A stretch of DNA of 64,000 bases, from assembly GCA_041737835.1 (NCBI GenBank), contig JBGSQY010000031.1. The stretch is one strand, 5' to 3'. The translations under genes were made by a program, and so were the position numbers. Source of the stretch: Bythopirellula sp. Its GTDB lineage: Bacteria > Planctomycetota > Planctomycetia > Pirellulales > Lacipirellulaceae. This document shows positions 39,582-50,203 of this stretch, in pieces (within the stretch, counting starts at the first letter, position 1; the number at the start of each line of letters is the position of its first letter). The notes under the pieces are model-generated. The model was not told the DNA's origin. It saw nothing but the letters and a program-made list of their open reading frames with translations, and made no database searches.

Positions 39582-39854
39582 GAGGCTGATTTTAGCCCTG
39601 GTTCGATTCTGTTGTCCATAAAAATCTCACATTAGCGATTGCTGCGGAGGGTCGAATTCCAAAGCTCCCGCCCAAATATGTCGCCAAGCGGGAGGCAGTC
39701 GCTCATATCGAAGCCGAACCTCGGGTAGGTCCAGGAAAGCAAATTGATTACCGTTTCCTGCTCGATCTTCTCGTGGCAAACCGTCTGCTCGACCAGTCAC
39801 CTGACTCTGTTACCAGGCAAGGCTGATGGTGCAGATCGCGAAGCATGCCACTGC

Positions 39855-39883
39855 TTGCGACTCGACAGTTGCCATCTTAAACT
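39855..39883 (+). promoter_or_regulatory. Putative tRNA-Gly promoter
   Basis: TTGCGA-N17-TAAACT ending 30 bp before tRNA. Confidence 0.6.
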
Positions 39884-39912
39884 ACTAACAGGCCTGCTTC
39901 GGCGGCCCAAAT

Positions 39913-39983
39913 GCGGGTGTAGTTCAATGGTAGAATGAAAGCTTCCCAAGCTTTAGGCGGGGGTTCGATTCCCCTCACCCGCT
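39913..39983 (+). tRNA. tRNA-Gly(CCC)
   Basis: GCGGGTG/CACCCGC acceptor stem; AAAGC-TTCCCAA-GCTTT anticodon arm; 71 nt. Confidence 0.96.
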
Positions 39984-39984
39984 C

Positions 39985-41145
39985 TTACTCTTTTGGCAGT
40001 TGATCGGGGGCAACCTGTGCGACATGGAAATCGCCGAACACGCCCCAGTAGACGTCGTTGTGTTTGTCGTTGAACCAAAAGATCATCTCGTTTCCATCAT
40101 TCTTTTGGCGATTGGCAAAATACTGCCAGTCTGTTCCTTGTGACCTGCGGGTGACTGAGGCCACGGCAGCGACGTAAAAGGGAAGTTTCATCATTTCGGC
40201 GCTGGGGAGTTGATTGGGTTGAGGTTTTGGCATCTTCTGCCTCAGGGTCAACGCGGCGTCCTGTAGCTTTTCAGGAAGCCGTCCGCCCATGTGCTTGGCA
40301 TAGATCTTCAGAAATTCGGCAACCAAATGAGCGGGTGTCGTGACGCCATCAAGGGGAATGGCAGAGTCGACCTTGAACCCCGGCGCAGGATCGATGCTGA
40401 ATAGCGCGGCATCGAGGACTGGGTTTAACTCGATATTCGTCCAAGTATGAGTGGTCCCTGCCGCTGGATCTTTTTCACGTAGATCGACTTGAAAGAGCTC
40501 GCCCGTTTTGGAATTCACCCAGACTGTTATGAATTGGTCATCGCGTTCGAACTGGAAGCCGTCGGCCAGGACAGAACCAATTTTTTTAGTGCCGATGGGA
40601 AAGCCTTGTTCTTCGTCAAGGGATTGGACGCGCTTGATGGCTTGGACCGCTTTATCGGCTTCTTCCGATTTTTTGAAAGGCAAAATACTAGCGGTTTTGT
40701 TCTTTTCGTCCACCATTAACACCTTGCCGGCATTGGCATCCAGAACAATATAATTCTGCTGGCCGTTGCGGGCCTTGATTTGTATGCGCACCTTGCCGGG
40801 GACCTGATAAAGATTGCGCCCCTGCCCGACGATCTTGCCGTCAGAAGCACGTTTGGAAATCCAGTCATAACTAAGTGTGTGCGCCGCTCGTATTTTTTCC
40901 ACAACTTGGGCGAAGGCGACCGAGTTGCCCGCATTGGTCAATACGACGTAAGCCATTAACACACTCGCCGCCATACCCATGATGGCTGCGACTTTCGATT
41001 TCCAGGACATCTGTTTGATCCTTTCTAAAAGACCAGGCTGGGCATGAATAGATTTGATGCGACTCATCAAAGTGGCCGGTTCGCCAAACTCGGCCGTAGG
41101 CCGACGCAACCGCAGGGACTTCAAGCGTTGTTCAAACAGATCCAT
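39985..41145 (-). CDS. Putative anti-sigma factor with single TM and LolA-like extracytoplasmic domain
   Basis: Overlaps ECF sigma gene; TM followed by VAFAQVVEKIR; WTNIELNPVLDAALFS. Confidence 0.7.
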   Translation of the reverse strand: MDLFEQRLKSLRLRRPTAEFGEPATLMSRIKSIHAQPGLLERIKQMSWKSKVAAIMGMAASVLMAYVVLTNAGNSVAFAQVVEKIRAAHTLSYDWISKRASDGKIVGQGRNLYQVPGKVRIQIKARNGQQNYIVLDANAGKVLMVDEKNKTASILPFKKSEEADKAVQAIKRVQSLDEEQGFPIGTKKIGSVLADGFQFERDDQFITVWVNSKTGELFQVDLREKDPAAGTTHTWTNIELNPVLDAALFSIDPAPGFKVDSAIPLDGVTTPAHLVAEFLKIYAKHMGGRLPEKLQDAALTLRQKMPKPQPNQLPSAEMMKLPFYVAAVASVTRRSQGTDWQYFANRQKNDGNEMIFWFNDKHNDVYWGVFGDFHVAQVAPDQLPKE

Positions 41146-41623
41146 CAGGCACCTCCAACTTCCGGCGAAGTTTCTCGAGCCCCCGGCGATACCAACTGAC
41201 GATGGTTCCCAAGGGCAACTCGCGAACAGTGGCAATCTCGCGGAATGTTAAATCTCCGTAGAGATGTTGCACGATCGTTTCCCGCTCGTCGGCGGAGAGC
41301 TGCTGCATGAGCTCAACGACGGCTTGCTGAAAATCCGCATCTTCCAGCGTGGTGATATGGCCAGGATCGAAAATCCCCTCGGGTTCGGCTAACCCCACCA
41401 TGGGGAGTCGACGAACCAAATCGATCGCAGCATTGCGAACGGACTGAAACACATAAGCTTTCGGGTTCAAACTTTCGGGCCTGCGGCCAAGCAGTTTGCA
41501 AAACGCTTCATGCACGGCATCTTCGGCGAGGGTCGACGAGCCCGTGATCACCAAGGCGCAGGTGAACAACTGCTGTCGATACTGGCTGTAGATAGTTTCC
41601 AACTCACCGTCGCTTATCTGCAC
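41132..41623 (-). CDS. ECF RNA polymerase sigma factor
   Basis: AEDAVHEAF; LTFREIATVRELPLGTIVSWYRRGL. Confidence 0.92.
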   Translation of the reverse strand: MQISDGELETIYSQYRQQLFTCALVITGSSTLAEDAVHEAFCKLLGRRPESLNPKAYVFQSVRNAAIDLVRRLPMVGLAEPEGIFDPGHITTLEDADFQQAVVELMQQLSADERETIVQHLYGDLTFREIATVRELPLGTIVSWYRRGLEKLRRKLEVPDGSV

Positions 41624-41922
41624 GGCAACAATGCTCCGAATTGGCTCGACCGCGGTTCACTCTCACCTAGGTAGACGGAGAGCGGGGCCCAAATTATGCA
41701 AATGCCCAAAATAATTTGCCGTAACACGCTCCGGAAAAGGAGTTCAGCCCAGGCGAGTGGCGGGCATTCGTTGGACCCAGAAAGCAGGGGCCTTAAATTT
41801 AGCCCATTTTCGCCGAAAACCCCATTGCACCAAATCTTCCAAAACCTAGACTTACGAGAAGTCAGTGGGATTTGGCCTGCCAATCCCGGGTTCCGTTTTT
41901 TCCAGAGGGGAGAACGTACGAA

Positions 41923-42234
41923 ATGTTACGTCGTGTTGTTTTGGCAGTCGTTTTGGCTGCCGGCTCGCTCTTGGCGAGCAATGTCGAGGCTGGTGGTGGT
42001 GCTTGCTGCTGCCCGCCCGCTCCAATTCAAACCACGCTCTGCGTGGCTCCACCCTGCAGCTGCTGCAACACCACCGTTTGCGTGTGTGTTCCCGGCTGCT
42101 GCACCGAAGCTCCAACCGTCTGCTGGAAGCAAGGTTTGTTGGGTCGCCAAGTCGGCACCTACACCTGGCCCTGCTGTGGTCACGAAGTTAAGGTGGTTGT
42201 CACCCGTCGTGGTGAAGTCAAAGTTCGCGGCTAA
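41923..42234 (+). CDS. Small secreted Cys-rich protein
   Basis: Signal peptide ending VEA; 14 Cys; own terminator. Confidence 0.75.
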   Translation: MLRRVVLAVVLAAGSLLASNVEAGGGACCCPPAPIQTTLCVAPPCSCCNTTVCVCVPGCCTEAPTVCWKQGLLGRQVGTYTWPCCGHEVKVVVTRRGEVKVRG

Positions 42235-42262
42235 ACAGCCGTTGAGCGAAGACGAAAATACG

Positions 42263-42299
42263 AACGCCTCGGGATGGCAATCCCGGGGCGTTTTTATTT
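42263..42299 (+). terminator. Intrinsic terminator
   Basis: AACGCCTCGGGAT/ATCCCGGGGCGTT plus T-tract. Confidence 0.75.
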
Positions 42300-43199
42300 A
42301 CCCGATTCATCCCTTGGAAAATCTTCCGCCATCGGCAGCGTCACTTCCCCCGTGGCGGCCCACTCGGTGCCACGCAGCAACAGCGTTTGAAAGCCGGGGC
42401 AGTTCATCGAATAGTCGGCATGACCCAGCACAGTGTGAAACACTCGGCCGGCGCCAAACGGCAACACCATCACCATCGGCTCGTGCTTACCCGATCCCTT
42501 GAATTCAGGATCGCTGTAGGCCGTTGCCAGAATCTGCATGTCGGTCGCCGGCCCGCGCAGCGAATCATAGAGCTCATCCTGGGCATGACTCCAAGTCATG
42601 GGAAAACCGCGCGTGATCGGATGCTCAACGTCGCGCATGCGAATTTGATATTCATGTTGCGGACCATGACTTCCCCCCGCACCTGCCTTTGTATCACGAA
42701 TCTCTTTACCCACTTCATCGAGATAAACGTGTGGTCCCGCTTTCTCATTTCTGCCATACCAGCCGCCGACGCCGCACATGCGGTTGTATTCCGGCCAATC
42801 GGGAAACGCATTGTTTGCCGAATGAACGACCACAAAACCACCGCCATCATTCACAAACCTGACGAACTCTTCTTCAGTCTGCTGCGGCCAACGCGGGCCG
42901 ATGTAATTGCCGATGATCACGTCGTAATCAGCAAAGCTGGGGTGAAAATCCAAATCTGCCACGGGGGCTGGGGCTTTCGAGACATCGGTCTTGTAGCCTT
43001 CAGGAATCGGTACAGTGGCGACATCCACCTCAAATCGACCACTATCTTCAAGAGTTTTCTTCATCAAAGGCGTGGTCACCTGCCAATCGTGATAGGGATT
43101 GTTACCGTCGATGATCAGTGCGCGTATCTTCTCGGCACCGCGCGCGGCATCTATTCCAGCAACAAGTGACAGAACCATGAAACAGGCCAACAGGCGCAT
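42294..43199 (-). CDS. ThuA-like domain protein
   Basis: GFVVVHSANNAF, DELYDSL, GRVFHTVLGH. Confidence 0.85.
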   Translation of the reverse strand: MRLLACFMVLSLVAGIDAARGAEKIRALIIDGNNPYHDWQVTTPLMKKTLEDSGRFEVDVATVPIPEGYKTDVSKAPAPVADLDFHPSFADYDVIIGNYIGPRWPQQTEEEFVRFVNDGGGFVVVHSANNAFPDWPEYNRMCGVGGWYGRNEKAGPHVYLDEVGKEIRDTKAGAGGSHGPQHEYQIRMRDVEHPITRGFPMTWSHAQDELYDSLRGPATDMQILATAYSDPEFKGSGKHEPMVMVLPFGAGRVFHTVLGHADYSMNCPGFQTLLLRGTEWAATGEVTLPMAEDFPRDESGK

Positions 43200-43279
43200 T
43201 AGGAATCTCCCAGAAGTTGTGACAAGACCGCTCAATTATGCCGCAGATGCAACGCGTCAGCAACACGCGAGCTGGTGCG

Positions 43280-44755
43280 TCACGCCTTGAGAATATCCTT
43301 CACCACCGAGCCATGCACGTCGGTGAGTCGGAAATGACGGCCTTGGAACATATAAGTGAGCCGTTCATGGTCGATGCCCAACTGCGCCAGCACGGTCGCT
43401 TGCAGATCGTGCACGTGAACTTGGTTGGCGACGATGTTGTAGCCGAAATCGTCAGTCTCGCCGTAAGTGAAGCCGGGCTTCATCCCGCCGCCGGCCATCC
43501 AAATCGTAAAGCAATTCGGATGATGATCGCGGCCATGCTTTTTCTTGTTGTTGATATCCCCTTGGCCGTACGGCGTCCGGCCAAATTCGCCGCCCCAAAT
43601 CACCAGCGTATCGTCAAGCAACCCACGTTGTTTAAGGTCTTTCACCAACGCGGCCGACGCTTGATCGGTGTCGCGGCATTGTTCGACAAGCTGCGTCGGC
43701 AAATTGCTGTGTTGATCCCAACCGGAATGCATCAACTGGATAAAGCGCACGTTCCGCTCGGCCAGCCGCCGCGCCATCAGACAGTTGTACGCATAACTCC
43801 CGGGACGAGTCACATCGGGACCGTACATGTCGAGTACATTCTGTGGCTCGTTCGATAAATCCGTCAACTCCGGCACCGACGTTTGCATGCGGTAGGCCAT
43901 CTCGTATTGCGCCATCCGTGTGAGCGTTTCGGGATCGCCCACTTGCTCGTGCTGCAACTCGTTGAGCTCGCCCACGGTATCGAGAATCTTGCGGCGAACT
44001 GACGAGCTCATCCCCTTGGGATTGGAAAGATACAGCACCGGATCGCCGCCGCTGCGGAACTGAACTCCTTGATGCTTGGTGGGCAGAAAACCGCTCCCCC
44101 AGTAGTAATCAAAAAAGAGTTGGCCACAGGAACCTTCACGGTCGCGCGAGGTCATCACGCAAAACGTCGGCAGGTCTTCGTTCTCACTGCCCAAACCGTA
44201 GGACAGCCAAGATCCCATACTCGGTCGCCCCGGCTGCATGCCACCCGTGAGCAAAAAGGTCATCGCGGGCGCATGATTCACCCCTTCAGTTCGCATCGAT
44301 TTCACGATGCACAAATCGTCGACAATCGAAGCCGTATGCGGCAAATAATCCGACATCCACGCCCCGCATTTGCCATGCTGCCGGATCGGAGCGATCGCGC
44401 CGAGGCAAGGCTGCCCTTTACCGGCGGTCATGGTCGAGCTTTGCTGGCCCATACTGACCGAGGCCGGAATTTCCTGACCACGCAGCTTGTCGAGCAGCGG
44501 CTTGTGATCGAACAAATCGACGTGCGACGGTGCTCCCGACTGCATCAAGTAGATGACTCGCTTGATTTTTGGCGAAAAATGGGGCAGTCCCGGAAGCCCT
44601 TGCGCCGGCGTGCTCGCCGCTTGAGCGAGATTCCAGTTGCCGCTCAACGAAGCCAACGCCGCGGCACCCAATCCCAACGTGGCATTACCGAGGAATTGGC
44701 GGCGAGTTTGAGCACGCAAGTTTTCGAAAGGGGGAATCATGGTCTGTCGGTCCAC
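43280..44755 (-). CDS. DUF1501 domain protein (Tat substrate)
   Basis: TRRQFL; GAPSHVDLFDHKP; WGGEFGRTP; HVHDLQAT. Confidence 0.93.
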   Translation of the reverse strand: MDRQTMIPPFENLRAQTRRQFLGNATLGLGAAALASLSGNWNLAQAASTPAQGLPGLPHFSPKIKRVIYLMQSGAPSHVDLFDHKPLLDKLRGQEIPASVSMGQQSSTMTAGKGQPCLGAIAPIRQHGKCGAWMSDYLPHTASIVDDLCIVKSMRTEGVNHAPAMTFLLTGGMQPGRPSMGSWLSYGLGSENEDLPTFCVMTSRDREGSCGQLFFDYYWGSGFLPTKHQGVQFRSGGDPVLYLSNPKGMSSSVRRKILDTVGELNELQHEQVGDPETLTRMAQYEMAYRMQTSVPELTDLSNEPQNVLDMYGPDVTRPGSYAYNCLMARRLAERNVRFIQLMHSGWDQHSNLPTQLVEQCRDTDQASAALVKDLKQRGLLDDTLVIWGGEFGRTPYGQGDINNKKKHGRDHHPNCFTIWMAGGGMKPGFTYGETDDFGYNIVANQVHVHDLQATVLAQLGIDHERLTYMFQGRHFRLTDVHGSVVKDILKA

Positions 44756-47700
44756 TAGCCTTTGTTTTCCACTTCATCCAAATTCAAAATCGCATTCATC
44801 AATCCACCATACGCGGCCGTTTCCACGGGGTCGAGCGTTTCGTCGTGCGGTGCTTCGCCAACACTAAGAAACTCTTGGGCAGCCTGGGGATTAGCGGCGT
44901 ACTCATCCAACAAAAATCGGAGTGTCTTTAGCATGCTCGTCAGTTCTGCTTCGGACGGATCGCGTGCCGTGGCCAACCGAAACGCCAAGGCGATTCGCTC
45001 GGCGGGCGTACTGCCCCCTTCGCGCAAGATCCGCTCCGCAAACATCCGCGAAGCCTCGATGTATGTCGTGTCATTGAGCAACGTGAGTGCATGCAGCGGC
45101 GTATTCGTCAGTGAAGGACGCACCGTGCAAACTTGCCGCGCGGCATTGTCGAACAGCATCGTAGGCCCCACCGACCGCCGCCAAAATGTATAAACGCTCC
45201 GTCGGTGCAGATCTTCGCCGTGTCCTTGCTCGTACGAAATCTTGCCCAAGCTAAAATCTTCCCACACACCGGCCGGTTGATAAGGCTTCACACCGGGCCC
45301 ACCGGGTTGATCGACCAGCAAACCACTCAGCATGAGAGCCTGATCGCGCAAGGCTTGCGCGGAAAGTCGAAACCGTGGACCACGGGCGAGCAACCGATTG
45401 TAAATATCACGCTCGGCCAGTTCGGGTGTTACGTCGGACTGCTGCTGATAAGTGGCCGACATCACGATCAACTTGTGCAGCGCCTTCACATCCCAACCAC
45501 TGCGTACAAATTCAACGGCCAGCCAATCTAAAAGCTCGGGATGAACGGGCCGCTCCCCTTGCACACCAAAATCTTCACTCGTTTTCACCAAGCCCGTGCC
45601 GAAGAAATGCTGCCAGTAGCGATTCACCGTCACGCGCGCGGTGAGCGGATGCGCAGGATCGATCAGCCACTCGGCGAGCGTCAGCCGATTCTTAGGTGCA
45701 TCTTCTGAAAGTCGCGGCAAGCATTCCGGCACATCGGGGAGCAGATTTTCGCTCTTATCTGGGGCATCCCACACCCCACGTTGCAAGAGATACGTCTCGC
45801 GCGGCTCGGCTCGATCGCGCATGATCATGGTTTTGAGAAACGTCGCTTCCGTCGCGGCGATTTGTTTTTCCAAACCGTGAATTTTGTCACGAAGTGGCAA
45901 CTGCAAATAAGCCCGGGTTGCTTCAGTGATGGATTTGCGTTGCTCAGGCGTGCGGTCGGATGCGGGAACGGCCAGTGCCGCTACGACATCACCCGATAAA
46001 CCGAGATTCTCTGCCAACGTCGGTCGCGGATACTCCGTCAGCGAAACCCGGAAACGACCAATGGGGGCATAGCTGTCGACCGATTCGTTGCGAAGTTGCA
46101 CAACCAACTTGGCTCCGGCTTTGGCTTCTATCGGCTTTTCAAAATAAGCCATCCACGTGGGATTGCCTTGCACTTCCCGAGGATTGCCCGCCGTGAAGCC
46201 CGTCCGAATATTGCCGTCGAGTGGACCGTTGGGGCCATCGAAGTTTGTGATATTCATCTGCGGATCGACGAGCTTAATTTCCTGCCCGTCGAGTTCCACC
46301 TTAATCGTGGTCACGCGATAATCACCCGAAATCGACGTGCTGAACAAACCCTTGAAGAGACTGGGATCTTTCAGCGCTTCCAGACGCAATGCATAATGCT
46401 TCCCCGCCGGCAACGGGATCGTGAGCGTGTAGTCCTCGTTGCTATCGACATTCTCCACGAGCAATACCGATTGATCGTCGAGCAATTTCAGCTTGGAGCC
46501 TTGCTTGGTGCTTAACTCCGGGTTGCGGAGTGGCTGCCAAAACGATTGCCCTTTTTCTGCCGCTAGCCATTTGTTGGCATAGGCCTCCCACTCGGCTTCC
46601 TGCTTTGGCGTCGGTTGCGGAACAGCAGCAACCTCTTTTTCGACCGCCGCGATTTGACTCCGCAGCTCAGCAACCTGGGCTTGCTGCTCATCCGTCGGCA
46701 AGGGCAAAAGTGGCTTGGCCAGTGGATAGACATCAATCCCCCCCGATTCGTCGACACTGTTAAAGTACGCATACATTCGATAAAAATCTTTATGCGAAAT
46801 CGGATCGTACTTGTGGTCGTGGCATCGGGCACATGCCACGGTTAGGCCCAGCCATATCGTACTCGTGGCATCGACACGATCGATCACATACTCCACGCGC
46901 GATTCTTCGAAATTGCGGCCCCCTTCGCCATTGAGCGCATGGTTGCGATGAAAGCCCGTGGCGATCAGCTGATCTTGCGAGGGATTGGGGAGCAAATCCC
47001 CCGCCAGCTGATAGAGCGTAAATTTGTCGAAGGGCAGATTCTCGTTCATCGCGCGAATCACCCAATCACGCCACGGATAGTTCGTGCGGGTCGCGTCGTC
47101 TTGATAGCCATTCGTGTCGGCATAGCGTGCCGCCGCCAGCCACTCAAGCGCCATGTGCTCGCCATAATGGGGCGAAGCCAACAGTCGATCGACAACTTTC
47201 TCAAATGCGTCGGGCGAATCGTCGGCGAGAAACGCATCGAGCTCCGCCAGGGTAGGGGGGAGGCCCGTCAAATCGAGCGTCACACGCCGCAAGAGTGTTT
47301 CTTTCTTCGCGGCCGCCGAAGGCGAAAGCTTCACTTGGTCCAAGCGATTCAAAATAAAATAATCAATCGCATTGCGAGGCCATTGCGGATTGCTCACCGT
47401 GGGCAGCGGCGCCGCCTGAGGTGGCACGAACGACCAATGCTGGGTCCAAGGCGCACCCGCGGAGACCCATTTCTTGAGCAAGGCAATCTGCTCGGGCGTG
47501 AGTTGTTGCTTGGCATCGGGCGGGGGCATCCGCTCGAATTCATCTTCGCTCGTGATACGGCGAATCAGTTCGCTCTCGTCGGGATGGCCGGGCACGATCA
47601 CCGCCGCCTTGGCATCCTCTTCGCGGTCAAGCCTGAGATCGGCTTCGCGGCGCGCTTCGTCAGGACCATGACAAGTGAAGCAAGTGTTCGACAAGATCGG

Positions 47701-47802
47701 CCGAATCTGGCGGTCGAAATCGAGGGGTGCTTCGGCGCGCACGGAGAGCGCGGTCAAAAAAATGGCAACGCCGTAGAGGGTGATCCAAATCTGGCGGGAC
47801 AT
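44755..47802 (-). CDS. Planctomycete cytochrome c / DUF1549 / DUF1553 (PSD1) protein
   Basis: CFTCHG, CARCHDHKYDP, HPLTARVTVNRYWQHFFG, TNTPLHAL. Confidence 0.93.
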   Translation of the reverse strand: MSRQIWITLYGVAIFLTALSVRAEAPLDFDRQIRPILSNTCFTCHGPDEARREADLRLDREEDAKAAVIVPGHPDESELIRRITSEDEFERMPPPDAKQQLTPEQIALLKKWVSAGAPWTQHWSFVPPQAAPLPTVSNPQWPRNAIDYFILNRLDQVKLSPSAAAKKETLLRRVTLDLTGLPPTLAELDAFLADDSPDAFEKVVDRLLASPHYGEHMALEWLAAARYADTNGYQDDATRTNYPWRDWVIRAMNENLPFDKFTLYQLAGDLLPNPSQDQLIATGFHRNHALNGEGGRNFEESRVEYVIDRVDATSTIWLGLTVACARCHDHKYDPISHKDFYRMYAYFNSVDESGGIDVYPLAKPLLPLPTDEQQAQVAELRSQIAAVEKEVAAVPQPTPKQEAEWEAYANKWLAAEKGQSFWQPLRNPELSTKQGSKLKLLDDQSVLLVENVDSNEDYTLTIPLPAGKHYALRLEALKDPSLFKGLFSTSISGDYRVTTIKVELDGQEIKLVDPQMNITNFDGPNGPLDGNIRTGFTAGNPREVQGNPTWMAYFEKPIEAKAGAKLVVQLRNESVDSYAPIGRFRVSLTEYPRPTLAENLGLSGDVVAALAVPASDRTPEQRKSITEATRAYLQLPLRDKIHGLEKQIAATEATFLKTMIMRDRAEPRETYLLQRGVWDAPDKSENLLPDVPECLPRLSEDAPKNRLTLAEWLIDPAHPLTARVTVNRYWQHFFGTGLVKTSEDFGVQGERPVHPELLDWLAVEFVRSGWDVKALHKLIVMSATYQQQSDVTPELAERDIYNRLLARGPRFRLSAQALRDQALMLSGLLVDQPGGPGVKPYQPAGVWEDFSLGKISYEQGHGEDLHRRSVYTFWRRSVGPTMLFDNAARQVCTVRPSLTNTPLHALTLLNDTTYIEASRMFAERILREGGSTPAERIALAFRLATARDPSEAELTSMLKTLRFLLDEYAANPQAAQEFLSVGEAPHDETLDPVETAAYGGLMNAILNLDEVENKG

Positions 47803-48028
47803 AAAACGAGAGCTGTCGAAAAAGAAAAGCGGCTAATCCATTAATTATGGACCGCGGCGCAAACTTGGTGAGGTGGTTTTTCTCGCATTTTTCGGCCACG
47901 AATCTTGCAAGCCGCTTCAGGCTACGCTGGTTCGCGGCAACGCACGTTTACCAACCCCACAAAAAACGCGAAAATCGCGGGGACTCACGCCCATTCCGTC
48001 GACCCGCCCTGCGATTTCCCCGCCAGCC

Positions 48029-49216
48029 ATGCCGCACGCCAACCACTTCCGCCATCAGCCTTATCACGCCTTGCCGCCCCAGGCACCGGCTGAAGTGCTG
48101 GACACGTCGCATCCTCTGGAACCGAAACACCCCGATTACACTGCCAAGTTGGCCCAGGCGTGCCAGCCTTATCGCCACGCCAATCTGGCCGGAGTCTTCT
48201 TGGTCCATGGCACGTTTACGGGCAACGATGCCTTGGGAACTTTGACGGAATTGCAGCGACTGAGCCCCCGTTTGGCGGAACAGCTGCGCCGGTGGATCAA
48301 AGGAACAGTTGACGCGATCATCGGCGAAACAGGCAACTACACGGCCAAGTTCGCGACACGATTTCAAACAGGATTAACCGCCGCCACGGGCCGCGAAATT
48401 CCGGTGCGAATTTTCAACTGGTCGAGCCAGAACAATCATATCGCCCGCGCAGATGGAGCCGTCCGCTTGATCGCCCGCCTCGCGGTGATCGCCGAGCATC
48501 ATGACGCCGATCTGTCGTCGCCCTCACCGCCGCGTGTCATGCTCTGGGGACATAGCCACGGCGGCAATGTGCTGGCGCTGGTCACCAATCTCTTGGCTGC
48601 CGAACAAACAAAACGCCAAGAGTTTTTTGAGGCCGCGCGAGTGTTCTATCAGCCGTGGCTCACAGACGAAACAGACATGCCTTGTTGGGAGCAGGTCGAA
48701 AAACTTTTGCAGTCCGACCACCCGGTCCGACGACTGCCGCTCGACGTCGTGACATTCGGCACGCCGATCCGCTACGGCTGGGAAAGTCGCGGTTATCACA
48801 ACTTGCTCCACTTTGTGAACCATCGACCCTCGCAAAGCTTACCCACCCACCGTACCCACTTCCCCTTACGCCCGTTTCATTTTCTCACCGCCAAACACGG
48901 CGACTACATCCACCAAATCGGCATCGCGGGAACAAACATGATCCCCGTGCCGCTGGCCATCCGCACGTTTCTTGCCGACCGACGACTGCAAAGCGTGCTG
49001 CAAAACGAAGTGACTTGGTTTCGACTTCTACGTCGGTATGCCCTGGGGCAACGGATCCACCACGAAGGCCACACCTTGCTGGTGGATTACGACGATCGCA
49101 GCTGGCGCTTCTGGCACCACTTGGCAGGACATGCCATCTACACCCGCAGCAGCCGCTTGCCCTTTCATGTGGCGGAAGTTGGGAGAAGGTTTTATGGAAG
49201 CAAGAATGGGAGCTAA
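48029..49216 (+). CDS. Alpha/beta-hydrolase-like protein
   Basis: FLVHGTF, GHSHGG, VVTFGTP. Confidence 0.7.
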   Translation: MPHANHFRHQPYHALPPQAPAEVLDTSHPLEPKHPDYTAKLAQACQPYRHANLAGVFLVHGTFTGNDALGTLTELQRLSPRLAEQLRRWIKGTVDAIIGETGNYTAKFATRFQTGLTAATGREIPVRIFNWSSQNNHIARADGAVRLIARLAVIAEHHDADLSSPSPPRVMLWGHSHGGNVLALVTNLLAAEQTKRQEFFEAARVFYQPWLTDETDMPCWEQVEKLLQSDHPVRRLPLDVVTFGTPIRYGWESRGYHNLLHFVNHRPSQSLPTHRTHFPLRPFHFLTAKHGDYIHQIGIAGTNMIPVPLAIRTFLADRRLQSVLQNEVTWFRLLRRYALGQRIHHEGHTLLVDYDDRSWRFWHHLAGHAIYTRSSRLPFHVAEVGRRFYGSKNGS

Positions 49217-49222
49217 CATATC

Positions 49223-49262
49223 CACCTCCCGCTACCCCGGGAGGGGCTAGGGGGAGGGTCTT
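49223..49262. repeat. GC-rich REP-like palindrome
   Basis: CCTCCCGCTACCCCGGGAGGGGCTAGGGGGAGGG. Confidence 0.5.
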
Positions 49263-49339
49263 CAGGCCAGCGGGTACTGACGTGCGCTTGTTGCGTAGTG
49301 CTTTGCTAAGTGTCAAGATTTGTCACAGGAGGAAGTAGA

Positions 49340-50203
49340 GTGCCAATTACCGTTAGAGAATTCCGAATGACGGACGATCTTGCAGATTATGAGATCGCGT
49401 TAACCGTTGGATGGGCCCAAAAACTTGTTGACTTTGTTCCAGAAGACAATCGGCTAAAACGAGTAACGGATCGACTAATTGCTGACTTAAGAGCGGTTAC
49501 TTTTGCTGCCACATGGCCACGCTTTCTTCCTTCCGCAATAGTAAGTTTCTATGACGGCTATCTGAACGGCAAACGAGATACTACCTGCGTTCCAGATGTC
49601 GTGAAACAAGTAAATCGTCGGCTTATTGGCGATCTCGCTAATCAACTCGATCCAGATTCATTAGCAAAGGTACAAGCCGCGTTATTAAATATCAGAATCA
49701 ACACACACGAAATTGACAAAACAAGCATAGAACTACCGGTGCAGGACGTATGGCAAAGCTTTTTGGAAAATGTACTTTTTCGGCATGGAGTTTGGGGGAC
49801 CCAACGAATATGCTTCGCTGCCGCATTTAGCGCCTACGATAACTTCTTACTAGGTGCCACCCGGGCTGCTTTCAGACAGCCAACTTATAAACGACCAAGG
49901 GAAGAGCCGAAAGTTGTTGGTCACCTTGCTCGTTTCTTGAATGAACAGTTAGCCGCTGATTGCTGGACTGAGCATGAAATAAAGGTAGCCCGTTTTGTTC
50001 GTAATGCAATTGCCCATACCGGCGGCGAAGAACAAAGCGAATTGAGGGAACTAAAACACCACTTCCCTGTTGATAACAAAGAAATTCAGGTATTGGCAAT
50101 ACACAACAACTGGTTACTACGTCTTATAGAAGATCGTGTTTGGCGTGTTGCTGAGGCGGTAATTCATTTGCCAGAATTTCAGCCTAAAAAGAAGCGAGAC
50201 TAA
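49340..50203 (+). CDS. Hypothetical protein with HEPN-like Rx4H motif
   Basis: AGGAGG RBS before GTG 49340; RNAIAH encoded at 50000-50017; AT-richer than neighbours. Confidence 0.6.
   Translation: MPITVREFRMTDDLADYEIALTVGWAQKLVDFVPEDNRLKRVTDRLIADLRAVTFAATWPRFLPSAIVSFYDGYLNGKRDTTCVPDVVKQVNRRLIGDLANQLDPDSLAKVQAALLNIRINTHEIDKTSIELPVQDVWQSFLENVLFRHGVWGTQRICFAAAFSAYDNFLLGATRAAFRQPTYKRPREEPKVVGHLARFLNEQLAADCWTEHEIKVARFVRNAIAHTGGEEQSELRELKHHFPVDNKEIQVLAIHNNWLLRLIEDRVWRVAEAVIHLPEFQPKKKRD

Noticed and set aside
46939-47844. 301-aa plus-strand ORF
   Set aside because: Shadow of the PSD1/cytochrome gene
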